From IMG/VR virus record IMGVR_UViG_3300010397_000042, positions 1 through 64,000 of that record: a stretch of DNA of 64,000 nt. One strand, 5' to 3'. Numbering within the stretch: the stretch's first letter is position 1; the number at the start of each line of letters is the position of its first letter. This DNA is from a virus. The translations under genes were made by a program, and so were the position numbers. Under the pieces are notes generated by a model. That model had not been told where the DNA came from, did no database searches, and was given only the letters and a program-made list of their open reading frames with translations. This document shows positions 25,263 to 35,692 of the stretch, piece by piece.

Positions 25263-27167
25263 ATGCTTAGTCGTGACTTCCTCGCTCCATACTACAAAGC
25301 TGGCGACCCGTTTCCCGATCTCCTTGCCCGATCAACCTACAAGGGAAAATACCAACGACCGGAAGACACATGTTGGACTGACACTATTAGAAGGGTCGTC
25401 CTTGGGAACGTGGCACTCGATCCTGAAGTCACAACTCGCGAAGCCGAGTTCCTTTTCGATCTATTTTGGAGGGGGTACGCTCTTCCACCAGGTCGAGGGC
25501 TTTGGACTGGTGGAGTTCCAGGTATCCCTGTAGACGCTCGCTACAACTGCCACTACGGCACGCTTCGCAGCATCGACGACTGGTGCTGGGCGGCCAACAT
25601 GCTGATGTGCGGTGGCGGTGTTGGCATCGGCTTGCAGCACATCGACGAGCTTCCTCGAGTCCAGTATGCGCGAAATGCGCGTCTCTATATCTTGTGCTCG
25701 AAGTCTCATCCGAACGAGGGTGAGGTTGTGCCCGATGAACTCATCTACGACCGCGATAATGTGGAGTGGGTTGTCGTTGAAGATTCGCGCTTGGGTTGGG
25801 TAGAAGCGCTGAGGTCGGTGCTTACTGCTGCCTTTGAAGGTCGAAGCATCGTCGTCAACGTCAGCTCCATCCGTCAGCGAGGAGCGCTGATCAAGACGTT
25901 CGGTGGGATTGCTTGCGGTCCGGCACCGCTTGCGACGCTACTCCGAGAAGTCTGGACCATCGTTCGAAGTGCTGTAGGTCACAAGCTAACTAGCGTTGAC
26001 TGTCTGGACATCACGAATCACATCGGAGTGTGTATCAAGAGCGGCAACGTTAGGCGTTCCGCGCTGATCGTCCTCGGTAACGCCGACGATTGGGAATTCC
26101 GTCAGGCTAAGCAGGACTGGAAGGCGGTGACAACACACCGCCATTCCAGCAACAACTCGATCGTATTCGAGCACGAATGGCAGATCGATAACTTCAATTG
26201 GACCGACCTCATTGAGGATAACGCGGTATTTGGTGAACCAGGGATCTTGAACCTCTGGAAGATCCGCAAGACGGACCCGGGCGTCGAAGGCGTCAATCCA
26301 TGCGGTGAAATCCCGCTTTACGATCGCGAGGCGTGCTGCCTCTCTGAGATCTATCCAGCGAAGTTCTTGAATCGCGGTAACGATATCGCGAGGATATTCA
26401 AAGCTGTAACTCGGTACACGATGCGACAGCGGCTCGAGCCGATGAGTGACCGTCGTGCGAACCTGGTTCGCGTAGCCAACATGCGGATCGGTGTCGGACT
26501 AGGCGGCATCTGCGATTTCGACTGGTGTGCGGACGATCTCACCTACTTCCGAAAGATCGTACAGAACGAGAGTATCGCCTACGCGAACGAGCTCGGGTGC
26601 ATGTACCCCATCGCAACTACGACGGTGAAGCCGAGCGGTACGATCAGTCTGCTGAACGGGAGCTCGCCAGGCATTCACGCTCCATTTGCACCGTATTACC
26701 TCCGGCGCACCAGGATTAGCGTCAACGAGCCGATGGCTCAGGCTTTGGTTCAGGCGGGCGTTCCCTACGAGCAATGCATCTACGACAGCACCGGTAACAC
26801 GCTGGTGTTCTCGTTTCCGATGAAGTCGGAAGCGTACGTCACTCAGCAAGATCAGACCATCTTGGACCAGATCGGACGTCAAGTCGTCGTCCAGAAGAAT
26901 TGGGCCGATAACTCCGTTAGCTCAACAGTGTCATTCCATGAGGACGAGAAAACGGAGCTGGCTAGGATGCTCGCGTTCTACGCGAAGGACTTGAAGTCAA
27001 TCAGCTGCCTACCGGTCAAACACGGATACGAGCAACCACCGTACCAGGCCATCGAAGAGAGCGAATACGATTTCATGATGTCTGGAATCGATGGCAACCA
27101 TCCTCTCACGCTGGGTGGGGAACTTGACACGATGGAATGTGAGAACGGCGTTTGTCCTATCAAATAG
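25263..27167 (+). CDS. nrdJ: Class II (B12-dependent) ribonucleotide reductase
   Basis: PPGRGLW, NC, RRSA, NPCGE, TTVKPSGT, C-terminal CENGVCP; no beta-subunit gene in the window. Confidence 0.9.
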   Translation: MLSRDFLAPYYKAGDPFPDLLARSTYKGKYQRPEDTCWTDTIRRVVLGNVALDPEVTTREAEFLFDLFWRGYALPPGRGLWTGGVPGIPVDARYNCHYGTLRSIDDWCWAANMLMCGGGVGIGLQHIDELPRVQYARNARLYILCSKSHPNEGEVVPDELIYDRDNVEWVVVEDSRLGWVEALRSVLTAAFEGRSIVVNVSSIRQRGALIKTFGGIACGPAPLATLLREVWTIVRSAVGHKLTSVDCLDITNHIGVCIKSGNVRRSALIVLGNADDWEFRQAKQDWKAVTTHRHSSNNSIVFEHEWQIDNFNWTDLIEDNAVFGEPGILNLWKIRKTDPGVEGVNPCGEIPLYDREACCLSEIYPAKFLNRGNDIARIFKAVTRYTMRQRLEPMSDRRANLVRVANMRIGVGLGGICDFDWCADDLTYFRKIVQNESIAYANELGCMYPIATTTVKPSGTISLLNGSSPGIHAPFAPYYLRRTRISVNEPMAQALVQAGVPYEQCIYDSTGNTLVFSFPMKSEAYVTQQDQTILDQIGRQVVVQKNWADNSVSSTVSFHEDEKTELARMLAFYAKDLKSISCLPVKHGYEQPPYQAIEESEYDFMMSGIDGNHPLTLGGELDTMECENGVCPIK

Positions 27168-27185
27168 TGCTATACTCTGAGTGAG

Positions 27186-28265
27186 GTGACAATGTCAGAA
27201 TTCAAGATTCAAGTCGTGCGTCTGGGCAAGATCGGGAAGCATCCAAATGCAGATACTCTGAGTATTACTCAGGTATTGGGAAACTACCCGGTCGTCCTGA
27301 AGTCAGGGACGTTCCAACCAGGCGATCTCGCGGTTCACATTCCACCGGATTCGCTCGTACCGGTGGACCATCCGGCTTTCAGCTTCTTAGCTAATAAGGC
27401 GACTAATGGGTTCTGTCGGATTCGCTTCAGTAAGATCCGCAACGTACCGAGTTACGGATTCCTGGTTCCGCTGTCGGATGTGACTTTTCCCGAGCAGAGC
27501 GGACGAGATCTATACGGGCAGGAAATCTACGAAGGCATGGATGTTCAGGAGCTTCTGGGCGTTCAGAAGTACGAACCTGGCCCCTGCTACCAGCTGGGCG
27601 GCGAGATCGCTGGTGAGCACATCAGCCTTCCGCAAGGCGGTGTTGTTCCTCACTACGACATCTTTGGACTCCGCAAGTACGAGCGGCTCTTCGAGGATGG
27701 CGAGCGAGTTATCGTCACCGAGAAGATTCATGGTTCGAACGGTCGGTGGATCTTCCTGAATGACGAGCTCTACTGCGGGTCTCGTACCCGGTTCCGTCGC
27801 GACTCGGTTTGGAATCGCATGGCGGAGAAGTACGACCTCAAGGCGACCCTGGAGATGGTCCCGGGGATTGTTCTTTACGGTGAAGTCTATGGTAGCAAGA
27901 TCCAAGATCTGACCTACGGCATCGACGATCAGCGCGTTGTGTTCTTCGACATCTACGACACGCGCACCGGTACTTGGTGGGACTCCGATCGGTTCCGCAT
28001 CTTCTGTCGCGCGTTCAATCTGCCAGCGGTACCGGTTCTGTACGACGGTCCATTCGAGCTCGACAGGATGTACGAGTACGCCGAAGGCGGCTCGATTCTT
28101 CACATGGACAATTACGCAGCGCGAAAGCCCGGCTGCGCAGGCAACTTCCACGTGCGAGAGGGCATTGTCGTCAGGCCTGCCGAGGAGCGGTGGGATCAGC
28201 GATTGGGACGCGTGTTCTTGAAGCTTCCCGGGGAAGGTTACCTCCTCCGAAAGCAAGCAGCGTGA
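27186..28265 (+). CDS. RNA ligase (DRB0094/Rnl2-like) with N-terminal tRNA-binding-like domain
   Basis: HPNADTL, TEKIHGSN (motif I), YGE, FFDI, REGIVV, FLK. Confidence 0.85.
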   Translation: MTMSEFKIQVVRLGKIGKHPNADTLSITQVLGNYPVVLKSGTFQPGDLAVHIPPDSLVPVDHPAFSFLANKATNGFCRIRFSKIRNVPSYGFLVPLSDVTFPEQSGRDLYGQEIYEGMDVQELLGVQKYEPGPCYQLGGEIAGEHISLPQGGVVPHYDIFGLRKYERLFEDGERVIVTEKIHGSNGRWIFLNDELYCGSRTRFRRDSVWNRMAEKYDLKATLEMVPGIVLYGEVYGSKIQDLTYGIDDQRVVFFDIYDTRTGTWWDSDRFRIFCRAFNLPAVPVLYDGPFELDRMYEYAEGGSILHMDNYAARKPGCAGNFHVREGIVVRPAEERWDQRLGRVFLKLPGEGYLLRKQAA

Positions 28266-28789
28266 ATCGCGATTACTTCTTTCTTGCTTGCGCCAAGGCA
28301 CTCGGAATCGCCGGAATGGGCTGCGCCTACGTCGGTTGGATGCAGCTTGGCGCTTTTCTTCTCTTTCTCGATGCGGTGTGTCTTGCGGTCCTCGTGAGCT
28401 CCTGCGTCCGGAGGTTGTTGCTTGAGTACAAGGAGTCACAAGAGACGCAAAGCTCGCGAGTGGATGACAAAGGAGCAAGAGCGACACGAGCAGATCCAGA
28501 AAGCTCAGCTCGAGAGTCATCGCCAGCAGGCTGAACGTATCCGACGCGAAGAGCGCGAGAAGTACATCAACGTCGTCTCGCCGGATGACGACAATGTCTG
28601 CTGTCCGCTCGGTAAGCCGGACTCGCTTTACTACAAGGTCGCTGTCAAGCCGGGAATCCCAACCCGGTTTATGAACCGGCACGACTACCGCTTCTATGAT
28701 GTGAAAGAGCATCTCTTTCGAGTCAGGCAGTACGCCCACCGTCTACCAGATGGAACTACAGTCATTTGGTACGGGTTGGAGCACTGCGG

Positions 28790-30118
28790 TTGAGACTCTG
28801 GCCACATCAGGAAAAAGCCATTTCTATGACCGCAGCTCAATTCCGTCAGGGTAGACGGGCTGTATGCCTAGTGATGCCGACAGGGGCCGGCAAAACCACA
28901 ACTGCGAGCGCAATCATCAAGCAGCACCTAAAGAAGAAGCCGGATGGATGTGTTCTATTCTGCGCCCATCGGGAAGAGCTCGTAGCGCAAGCTTACGATG
29001 ACCTTCTGAGCTGGGGACTTCTCCCCAGCGTCATCCAGGCCAACCCCGATCCGCTACGCGTTCACAACCCCCATCGTAGGGTTCAGGTGGCATCTACGCA
29101 GACCATTCTCAGTCGAGAGATCTTTCCGAAGATTTCACTGCTGGTACTGGACGAATTTCACCACTACGCGAGCGACAAGTGGGAGGTGTTGGGATCCAAG
29201 TACAAGCAGATGGGCGTTCCGATCATAGGTCTCACCGCTACTCCGATCCGTGGAGACGGACGTGGGTTCGAAGGATTGGTAGACGAGCTCATATGCCCGA
29301 TCTCCATGCGCGAACTCATCGAGCAGGGCTTTCTCGTTCCGTACGAGTTGGTGGTACCGGACAAAACGCTACGTAGTGACCAGATCGTACAGTCACCGGT
29401 CGACGCCTACCTCGAACATGCGAAAGGTCGCAAAGCGATCGTTTTTGCGGGAAACGTCAAAGCCGCTTACGAGTTTGCTAGTCAATTCGAGAATGCGGGG
29501 ATACGTTCATCTGTTGTTCATGGAGCCATGGACGCCGGGGAACGGCGTCGGGTTCTTGAAGACTATAAATCGGGGAAAATTCGCGTACTTGCGAATGTCG
29601 GCGTTCTCACGGAAGGATTTGATGACCCTTCGACATCTTGCGTCATCCTTGCACGCGCCATTGGAACGCTGGCCCTCTACCTGCAGATCTGTGGCCGAGC
29701 ACTTCGTGTAGCCCCAGGTAAGACCGATGCCATCATCATCGACCTACATGGTAGTTCCAGGGTGCACGGCGAACCTGCCGAGGACCGAGAGTGGACCCTC
29801 GAGGGTCGGGGGATCGTCAAGAAGAACCTGGAGCAACCTACAGAGCGGTTCTGTCCGGTCTGCGGTGTGTACCTCGAATCGGGTGCCGGGAACATCTGTG
29901 AACTTTGCGGCATCGCCAGGCCCGAAGCGGGCGCCCCAGAGGTGGTTGGAGGTAGGTTGGTCAGGTACGCGCGGAAGCTCCGCGAGTCGCCAGAGATACG
30001 TCGTGTTTACTTTGAAAAGCTCAAAGGAATCGCAAGGGTCAAGGGATACAACAAGTGGCAACCGCATGCGAAGTACAAGGCCATTTATGGGGAGAAACCC
30101 CCCCGAGAGTGGTGGTGA
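28790..30118 (+). CDS. Superfamily 2 (DExH) helicase with zinc ribbon
   Basis: PTGAGKT, DEFHH, TATP, TEGFD, QICGRALR, CPVC...CELC. Confidence 0.92.
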   Translation: MRLWPHQEKAISMTAAQFRQGRRAVCLVMPTGAGKTTTASAIIKQHLKKKPDGCVLFCAHREELVAQAYDDLLSWGLLPSVIQANPDPLRVHNPHRRVQVASTQTILSREIFPKISLLVLDEFHHYASDKWEVLGSKYKQMGVPIIGLTATPIRGDGRGFEGLVDELICPISMRELIEQGFLVPYELVVPDKTLRSDQIVQSPVDAYLEHAKGRKAIVFAGNVKAAYEFASQFENAGIRSSVVHGAMDAGERRRVLEDYKSGKIRVLANVGVLTEGFDDPSTSCVILARAIGTLALYLQICGRALRVAPGKTDAIIIDLHGSSRVHGEPAEDREWTLEGRGIVKKNLEQPTERFCPVCGVYLESGAGNICELCGIARPEAGAPEVVGGRLVRYARKLRESPEIRRVYFEKLKGIARVKGYNKWQPHAKYKAIYGEKPPREWW

Positions 30119-30148
30119 CTTTTGCCTCATGAAATAGTCTGGGACAGT

Positions 30149-30177
30149 TTGACACACGCTGTCTCCCATGGTATACT
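30149..30177 (+). promoter_or_regulatory. Phage promoter motif copy (variant)
   Basis: TTGACA-CACGCT...TG-G-TATACT. Confidence 0.7.
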
Positions 30178-30204
30178 TTCTCTATATTCTTCGAATTCCA
30201 CGGA

Positions 30205-30549
30205 TTGATCTTGAGAGAAACGATTTTACAAGCAAAAATTCGGGCGGTTCTCTGCCATAGAGACAGCCCATGTAGGTTGTTCAGAAACAATGTCGGAGCA
30301 CTGCCTGGAGCGGACGGGAAACCTATCCGTTTCGGTCTAGGAAAGGGGAGTGCTGACTTGATCGGCCTCATCATTCCAACTGGGCAGTTCCTCGCAGTCG
30401 AAGTGAAAACGCCCGTAGGCCGTTTGAGCAAGGAGCAAAAAGCGTGGTTGAGAACGATCAACAAAATGGGCGGAAGAGCATTGGTGATCAGGTCGGTCGA
30501 AGAGGCTCGACAACTTGTCGAGTCCCTAAAGGTGAAAAAAGCAGCATGA
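30205..30549 (+). CDS. VRR-NUC nuclease (Holliday junction resolvase-like)
   Basis: E..Q, GSADLIG, AVEVKTPVGRLSKEQ. Confidence 0.9.
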   Translation: MILRETILQAKIRAVLCHRDSPCRLFRNNVGALPGADGKPIRFGLGKGSADLIGLIIPTGQFLAVEVKTPVGRLSKEQKAWLRTINKMGGRALVIRSVEEARQLVESLKVKKAA

Positions 30550-31035
30550 ATAACATGGCGATCGCTGATCTGATCGATGATCTCGGGGGTAAGTACTACG
30601 ACCGAGGTTGCCAGTGGCTCGTGAAGCTGGACGAGAAAGGCGAGGGAGGCGTCTTTTTGCGAAAGCTAGCGATCAGGATTCTCAATGGCGAAAAGGAGGA
30701 ACGCGCACTATTCGAAATGCTGAAGGAATTGAATGACTGAAGACGAGAAAATTGACTTACTTATCGAGCTCTTCGGATGGGACAACTCGGAGCTCTCCCG
30801 ATACTCGGCTCTGAGATTGCTTAGACTGGCACGAAAGGAACCAGTTCCTGCTTATGATGACTTCCTCGTACACCGGTATTGAACAAGCGGAGAGGGCGTT
30901 CGGTTGCAAACTTAGCTACCGAAAAGAACCGGGTGGCGCGGACCGACTAGACGATCTCGCCCAAGCTTGGATCGATGGCGACCGCAAACGAGTGCGAGAA
31001 TATGTGCTACACTATGAGAAGGAGAAAAGGAGAGG

Positions 31036-31377
31036 ATGGAATACAGGTTCGCGGAACAGCAAGAAGCGCTTAGAGGCGCGACGGACCCGGAGGGTCCTCC
31101 GGTTACGGTCTGGGGGTCTTACAACCCGCCAAATAGCAAAACGGTTGAAGGTGAGTCAAAGGACAGTGTTTCGGATCCTGTCGACCATCCGCGACACTAC
31201 AACGTGCACCCCAGCGGTGTTGAGTGCATCACCGTTACCAAGCACATGAATTTCTGTTTGGGGAACGCGATGAAGTACATTTGGAGGGCTGGCGAGAAGG
31301 GTGACGCGATCGAAGACTTGAAGAAGGCAATTTGGTATTGTCAGTGTGAGATTGATAGACTACAAGGAATAAAATAA
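31036..31377 (+). CDS. DUF3310-like protein
   Basis: DPVDHPRHY, GVECI, GNAMKYIWRAGEK, EDLKKAIWY. Confidence 0.85.
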   Translation: MEYRFAEQQEALRGATDPEGPPVTVWGSYNPPNSKTVEGESKDSVSDPVDHPRHYNVHPSGVECITVTKHMNFCLGNAMKYIWRAGEKGDAIEDLKKAIWYCQCEIDRLQGIK

Positions 31378-31580
31378 TGGCAAAAGCAAAGCGAACGGGT
31401 GGTGTGACGTTGACTCTTACGGGCACTGAGGCTAGCCAGTTGGCTGCGCTCCTCATGCAGCGTTCGGATTGGTTTGAGGAGGGTGAGGAGTTGTTTGAAG
31501 ACATCTACAACGCTCTTCAAGATGGTGCGGAGGTCGAGGAGGGCCACCTTGCGAAGCACTGGTCTGCCGACGACGACTGA
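31377..31580 (+). CDS. Small acidic hypothetical protein
   Basis: 67 aa, coupled ORF. Confidence 0.55.
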   Translation: MAKAKRTGGVTLTLTGTEASQLAALLMQRSDWFEEGEELFEDIYNALQDGAEVEEGHLAKHWSADDD

Positions 31581-31870
31581 TGATACACTCTAAGGAAACA
31601 GACATGCAGCGCGTGGCTACGGCGTTCGGAGTTCTTGGGAAGATCCTCAAGGTCAATGGACGCCGCAAGGTGCGCGCTGAGTGCGAGATCAGGATGCGTC
31701 TGATTCGGGACGATCAGGGTGCAGCTCGATTCGCTCCGATGGAGGATCGCAAGACGCGTCGCGCCATCGCAAGAAGGCTGAACATACCGTTCAGGCCTGT
31801 TTACTTCTACAAAGGATCAGGAGCTCCCGGAGCTCCAAAAACCATCCGGCATGGTATGGCAGGAGGCTAG
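31580..31870 (+). CDS. Small basic hypothetical protein
   Basis: 96 aa, coupled ORF. Confidence 0.5.
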   Translation: MIHSKETDMQRVATAFGVLGKILKVNGRRKVRAECEIRMRLIRDDQGAARFAPMEDRKTRRAIARRLNIPFRPVYFYKGSGAPGAPKTIRHGMAGG

Positions 31871-32233
31871 CGTGTATTACGTTATCACCTACGGGAATCA
31901 ATATCTTAGCAAGTTCGGAACGGGTTGGACCTTTTGGTCGCAAGACGAAAAGGAGGCTCGCGTGTTCTCTTCCCTAACGATGGCAGAGGATATTGCGATT
32001 CTCGTAGGTGGTAACATCGAACTACGTTGTGCAGAGGAATAAATGGAACGATCTTATGTAATCGTAGACGCAAACAGTAATCTGTACTGCGGAATGGATC
32101 AATGGGAGCCCGATCTTTCGTTTGCGGCCCGATGGTCAACACTTCGAGGTGCCTGCCAAGCTCTGGACAGGCTTATCTCCGGTTCTGAGAACGACGCAAG
32201 ACCTTTTCAAATCACTAAGTACGTGCCCAAAGG

Positions 32234-34543
32234 ATGACAGCTACGGCAAACACCGCTCAAAATACATTCGAAATTCTACAACAATGTGTCCAATACCTCG
32301 GAGTGGCCATCCTTCCGCTTTGGGGTCTGGACAAGGAAGGCAACTGCCTCTGTCCAAAGGGGAAGCAGTGTAAGGAATCGCGTAACGCAGGGAAACATCC
32401 GTACTCCAAGCTCTGTCCGAACGGCGTAAAGAACGCCACTCGCGATCTGTCGATCATCCGTCAATGGGTTCGACAAGCGCCCAACTGCAACTGGGGCATT
32501 CGCTGCGGCGAGCCCATTCCCGATGGGGGCTTTCTAGGTGTGTTCGACTGGGATCCTCGTAATGGGTCTGAGGCGAGTCTTGCTGAGATCCGATCGCGCG
32601 GCGACATTCTTCCCGAGACAGTCACTCAGGTCAGTGGCGGTGGCGGCGGCCACCGCTTGTATCGGTTCCCGAAGTCCCCAGCGAGTCGATCCATCGCTCC
32701 TGGGTTGGACTTCCAGGGTGCGGGTAAGTACATCGTTATCAGCCCAAGTAAGCACTATACAGGCGGTGTTTATCTCTGGGAGCTCGGACAAGGTCCTGGT
32801 GAGATCAAGGTAGCCGATGCTCCCGAGTGGCTGATTACTGGCACTGAAGAGGCTCAGGCGCGTCCAGCAGGCGATGGTGGTACCGCTCGAGAGACGGTTT
32901 TAGGCGAGGCGTTCGCGCTCGCCGGTAGGGCAGGCGCCATCATGCCGACGGGCGAGATGTTCGTCGACTGCCCTCATAGCCATTTGCATTCCGATAGCCG
33001 AGGCCGAGGTCAGGACGCGTCGTGTGTGATTCTACCCCCAGCGGGCGGGTCCCGCTTCGGTGGCTTCAAGTGTCAGCATGGCCATTGCGCGAACCTGAAA
33101 TGGCAAGACGTCATCAATAGCTTCACAAAGGAGATCCGTGAAGAGGCGTTCAAGAAGTATCCAAGGCTAGGTGCAGTTCCACCCCCTCCCGAAGGTGCAC
33201 CGGATCAACCCGAAGAGGAGCTACCCGAAGACGAGCTCCGCGAGATCAAAGAGCGACTCGCCTTCAAGAACACAACCAAGGGATCGAAGATCATCCAGGA
33301 CATCATCAACCTGGTGGTGATCCTGAAGTACGATCCCCGGTGGAAGGATGTTCTCAGGTTCGATGAGTTCTCGCAGGTTCTGAGGTTCACCAAAGAGCCC
33401 CCATGGCATCCCGACGACAAGAGCAAAGACCAGACGGACATCTGGACTGATGCCGACGTTACGCGTCTGGATCTCTGGCTTCGTCGAAACTGGGCCCTCG
33501 AGCTCCCGAACCAGAAGATCCACGAGTGCGTCTACATCGTGGGCCGCGGAAACAGCATCAATCCTCTGAAGGACTACCTCAACGGTTTGGTCTGGGATGG
33601 CCAGCCCAGGATCGATCGATGGCTCCCCACATACGCAGGCACCAAAGACACCGCCTACACCCAGAGTGCAGGGCGGAAATGGCTCATTTCGGCAGTGGCT
33701 CGAGCCTTGGATCCCGGCTGTAAGGTCGACCAGCTGATCATTCTCGAGGGTCCCCAAGGGAAAGGAAAGAGTACTTTACTAAGGACTATTACAACCGGCT
33801 CTCCAACGACGGGAGATGGGCCACATGCCGAGTGGTTCAGCGATACGCCCATCCCGATCGGGGAGAAGGATTCTTATGTTGCTCTAAAGGGTAAGTGGAT
33901 TATCGAGCTACCCGAGCTCGCGAGCTTGAAGAAGGCTGACCTCGATCGCGCCAAGGCATTCTTCTCGGCACCGGTGGACTCGTACCGACCTCCCTACGGT
34001 CGGGAGAACGTGTCGGTCCCTCGTACCGCGGTGTTTGCAGGCACGGTCAACCTAGGTGAGTACCTGAATGACGTCACGGGAGCTAGGCGCTTCGTTCCCG
34101 TCTTGTGCGGTGCAATCGACATCGAAACTCTGGCTGCAGACCGAGATCAGATCTGGGCTGAGGCGGTGCACGTCTATAAGGACTGGGTAGCGCAGGGTCG
34201 AAAACAGAGTAGGTGCCTCTGGTGGCCATCGATGGAAGAGATCCCCATGTATGAGGAAGAGCAGCTACGCCGACAGGTGGCAGGCACTCAGCATCCTTGG
34301 ACAGAAGCGATCGCGCTCTGGTTGATGACCGAGAAGGCCCAGACGATGCTCGAGAAGAACGGTTACCTCACGCTTAGGGAGATCGGCATGCATGCGATCA
34401 ATCTCAGCGACAAGGAATGCGATCACAACACGCTGACAGGAATCGGCGGAGTCATGTCAAGGGAGATGAAATGGACGAAGTTGCAAGTACCGAAGGGCGG
34501 AGCGAAAGCGTGGGGCTACAAACCCCCCACCGCAGGCTCCTAG
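32234..34543 (+). CDS. Bifunctional primase-polymerase fused to VirE-family helicase
   Basis: GKHP, NWGI, FDWDPRNG, GGGHRLY N-terminal domain; WDG..R, GPQGKGKST, YRPPYGR, TGARRF. Confidence 0.92.
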   Translation: MTATANTAQNTFEILQQCVQYLGVAILPLWGLDKEGNCLCPKGKQCKESRNAGKHPYSKLCPNGVKNATRDLSIIRQWVRQAPNCNWGIRCGEPIPDGGFLGVFDWDPRNGSEASLAEIRSRGDILPETVTQVSGGGGGHRLYRFPKSPASRSIAPGLDFQGAGKYIVISPSKHYTGGVYLWELGQGPGEIKVADAPEWLITGTEEAQARPAGDGGTARETVLGEAFALAGRAGAIMPTGEMFVDCPHSHLHSDSRGRGQDASCVILPPAGGSRFGGFKCQHGHCANLKWQDVINSFTKEIREEAFKKYPRLGAVPPPPEGAPDQPEEELPEDELREIKERLAFKNTTKGSKIIQDIINLVVILKYDPRWKDVLRFDEFSQVLRFTKEPPWHPDDKSKDQTDIWTDADVTRLDLWLRRNWALELPNQKIHECVYIVGRGNSINPLKDYLNGLVWDGQPRIDRWLPTYAGTKDTAYTQSAGRKWLISAVARALDPGCKVDQLIILEGPQGKGKSTLLRTITTGSPTTGDGPHAEWFSDTPIPIGEKDSYVALKGKWIIELPELASLKKADLDRAKAFFSAPVDSYRPPYGRENVSVPRTAVFAGTVNLGEYLNDVTGARRFVPVLCGAIDIETLAADRDQIWAEAVHVYKDWVAQGRKQSRCLWWPSMEEIPMYEEEQLRRQVAGTQHPWTEAIALWLMTEKAQTMLEKNGYLTLREIGMHAINLSDKECDHNTLTGIGGVMSREMKWTKLQVPKGGAKAWGYKPPTAGS

Positions 34544-34963
34544 ACCTGCTAGCCGGCTGGGAACAGTATGTTGATTTTATTGGTAGCCCCAACGAAGCGA
34601 ACGCCATCGCGGAGCTCTATCAGCAGGCAGGTCGAAAGGAGAACATGACGAGGACGGAGATCTACTTGATGCTCACTGGTCCGATCGTCGACATCCTTTG
34701 GACAGGTAAGACTAATGGGGGCATCTAAAGGTAGCAAACGAGAACGCCGAAACGAACTCGAAAAGAAAAAGGAAACGTGCTCCCGATGCCCTCCTCACGA
34801 CAACGAAAACCGCGGAAGAAGACCCCGTACCGATCGCCACAAGAACCACCGATCCTAACACCAGAGGAATGCGAGCGTCTCTTGCAGGAGGGTCTAGAGC
34901 TACGCAAAGCGCTGGAAGAGCGTCTAAACCGTATGACTCGACTCACTGCTGAGGACTGGCATT

Positions 34964-35185
34964 TCAGGTGTAAGTGATCGGTTCCTTACAGAGAGCGCAA
35001 TGATCGTCGCGGTTCTGTTCGCATGGGACCGCTTCCTTGTCGGTCTCGCATGCTCGGTTCCAAAGTGACTCTGGTATGTGCTCGTCTTGCCAGCAGAAGG
35101 CTAATAAGCGCATACAATCGAGGCACCCAACGCCAAGCGTCTGGTCGCATACTTCAGTGATCAGACGTTCGTGTTTACAGCTCAT
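34964..35185 (-). CDS. Cys-rich hypothetical protein
   Basis: 73 aa; last gene of the leftward block. Confidence 0.5.
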   Translation of the reverse strand: MSCKHERLITEVCDQTLGVGCLDCMRLLAFCWQDEHIPESLWNRACETDKEAVPCEQNRDDHCALCKEPITYT

Positions 35186-35469
35186 GGTGGAAACTCAACT
35201 CCTACGCAAAAAGCGCAAGCATCCTCGGTGGGGCAGTACCAGAAATCGCCTAGTTTGCGATTGCAGAGCCTGCACGTGAACTTCAGCTCGCAATAAGGGG
35301 CGATGCTAGCGGATGCCTCAAGGGCATCTAACGCGTCTACTTCTTCCTGGTCTGTTTCCGAGTCGATCTGTTCCTCTGCGATAGCTTCCCCCTCACGTTT
35401 CACGAGAGCACGGGCGCTCTTGATTCGCGGTTCCGTGTCAAAACTTCGTTTGCTGCCGTAAGGTCTCAC
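35182..35469 (-). CDS. Hypothetical protein with CxxC pairs
   Basis: Coupled ORF. Confidence 0.5.
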   Translation of the reverse strand: MRPYGSKRSFDTEPRIKSARALVKREGEAIAEEQIDSETDQEEVDALDALEASASIAPYCELKFTCRLCNRKLGDFWYCPTEDACAFCVGVEFPP

Positions 35470-35482
35470 GAGAGCTACGCCT

Positions 35483-35692
35483 TTATTCTCCGTGGGTCGA
35501 ATCGAGCGGCCGTTGCCACCAACTCGCTTCGCAGTTCCGACACGTGCGGGCCATCAGGTCGAGATCTGATCGGTAGATGTACCTCACGCTATCTCCACCG
35601 CACTTCGGACAGGTGCACTCCTTTACGAAGGGTGGGTACTTGGGAGGAGGTTGGTCTGCTGGCTTTGCGTTCTGTCTAAAAGGATTCCACAT
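35483..35692 (-). CDS. Zinc-ribbon protein
   Basis: CPKC...CRNC. Confidence 0.55.
   Translation of the reverse strand: MWNPFRQNAKPADQPPPKYPPFVKECTCPKCGGDSVRYIYRSDLDLMARTCRNCEASWWQRPLDSTHGE

Noticed and set aside
20005-27167. Inteins or introns in PolB, ThyX or RNR
   Set aside because: The ORFs are continuous and of normal or compact length, with no splicing motifs seen
27510-28739. 409-aa antisense ORF and similar long shadow ORFs (23594-24394, 59939-60625)
   Set aside because: They are antisense to well-supported genes, lack motifs, and are expected from GC-rich codon bias
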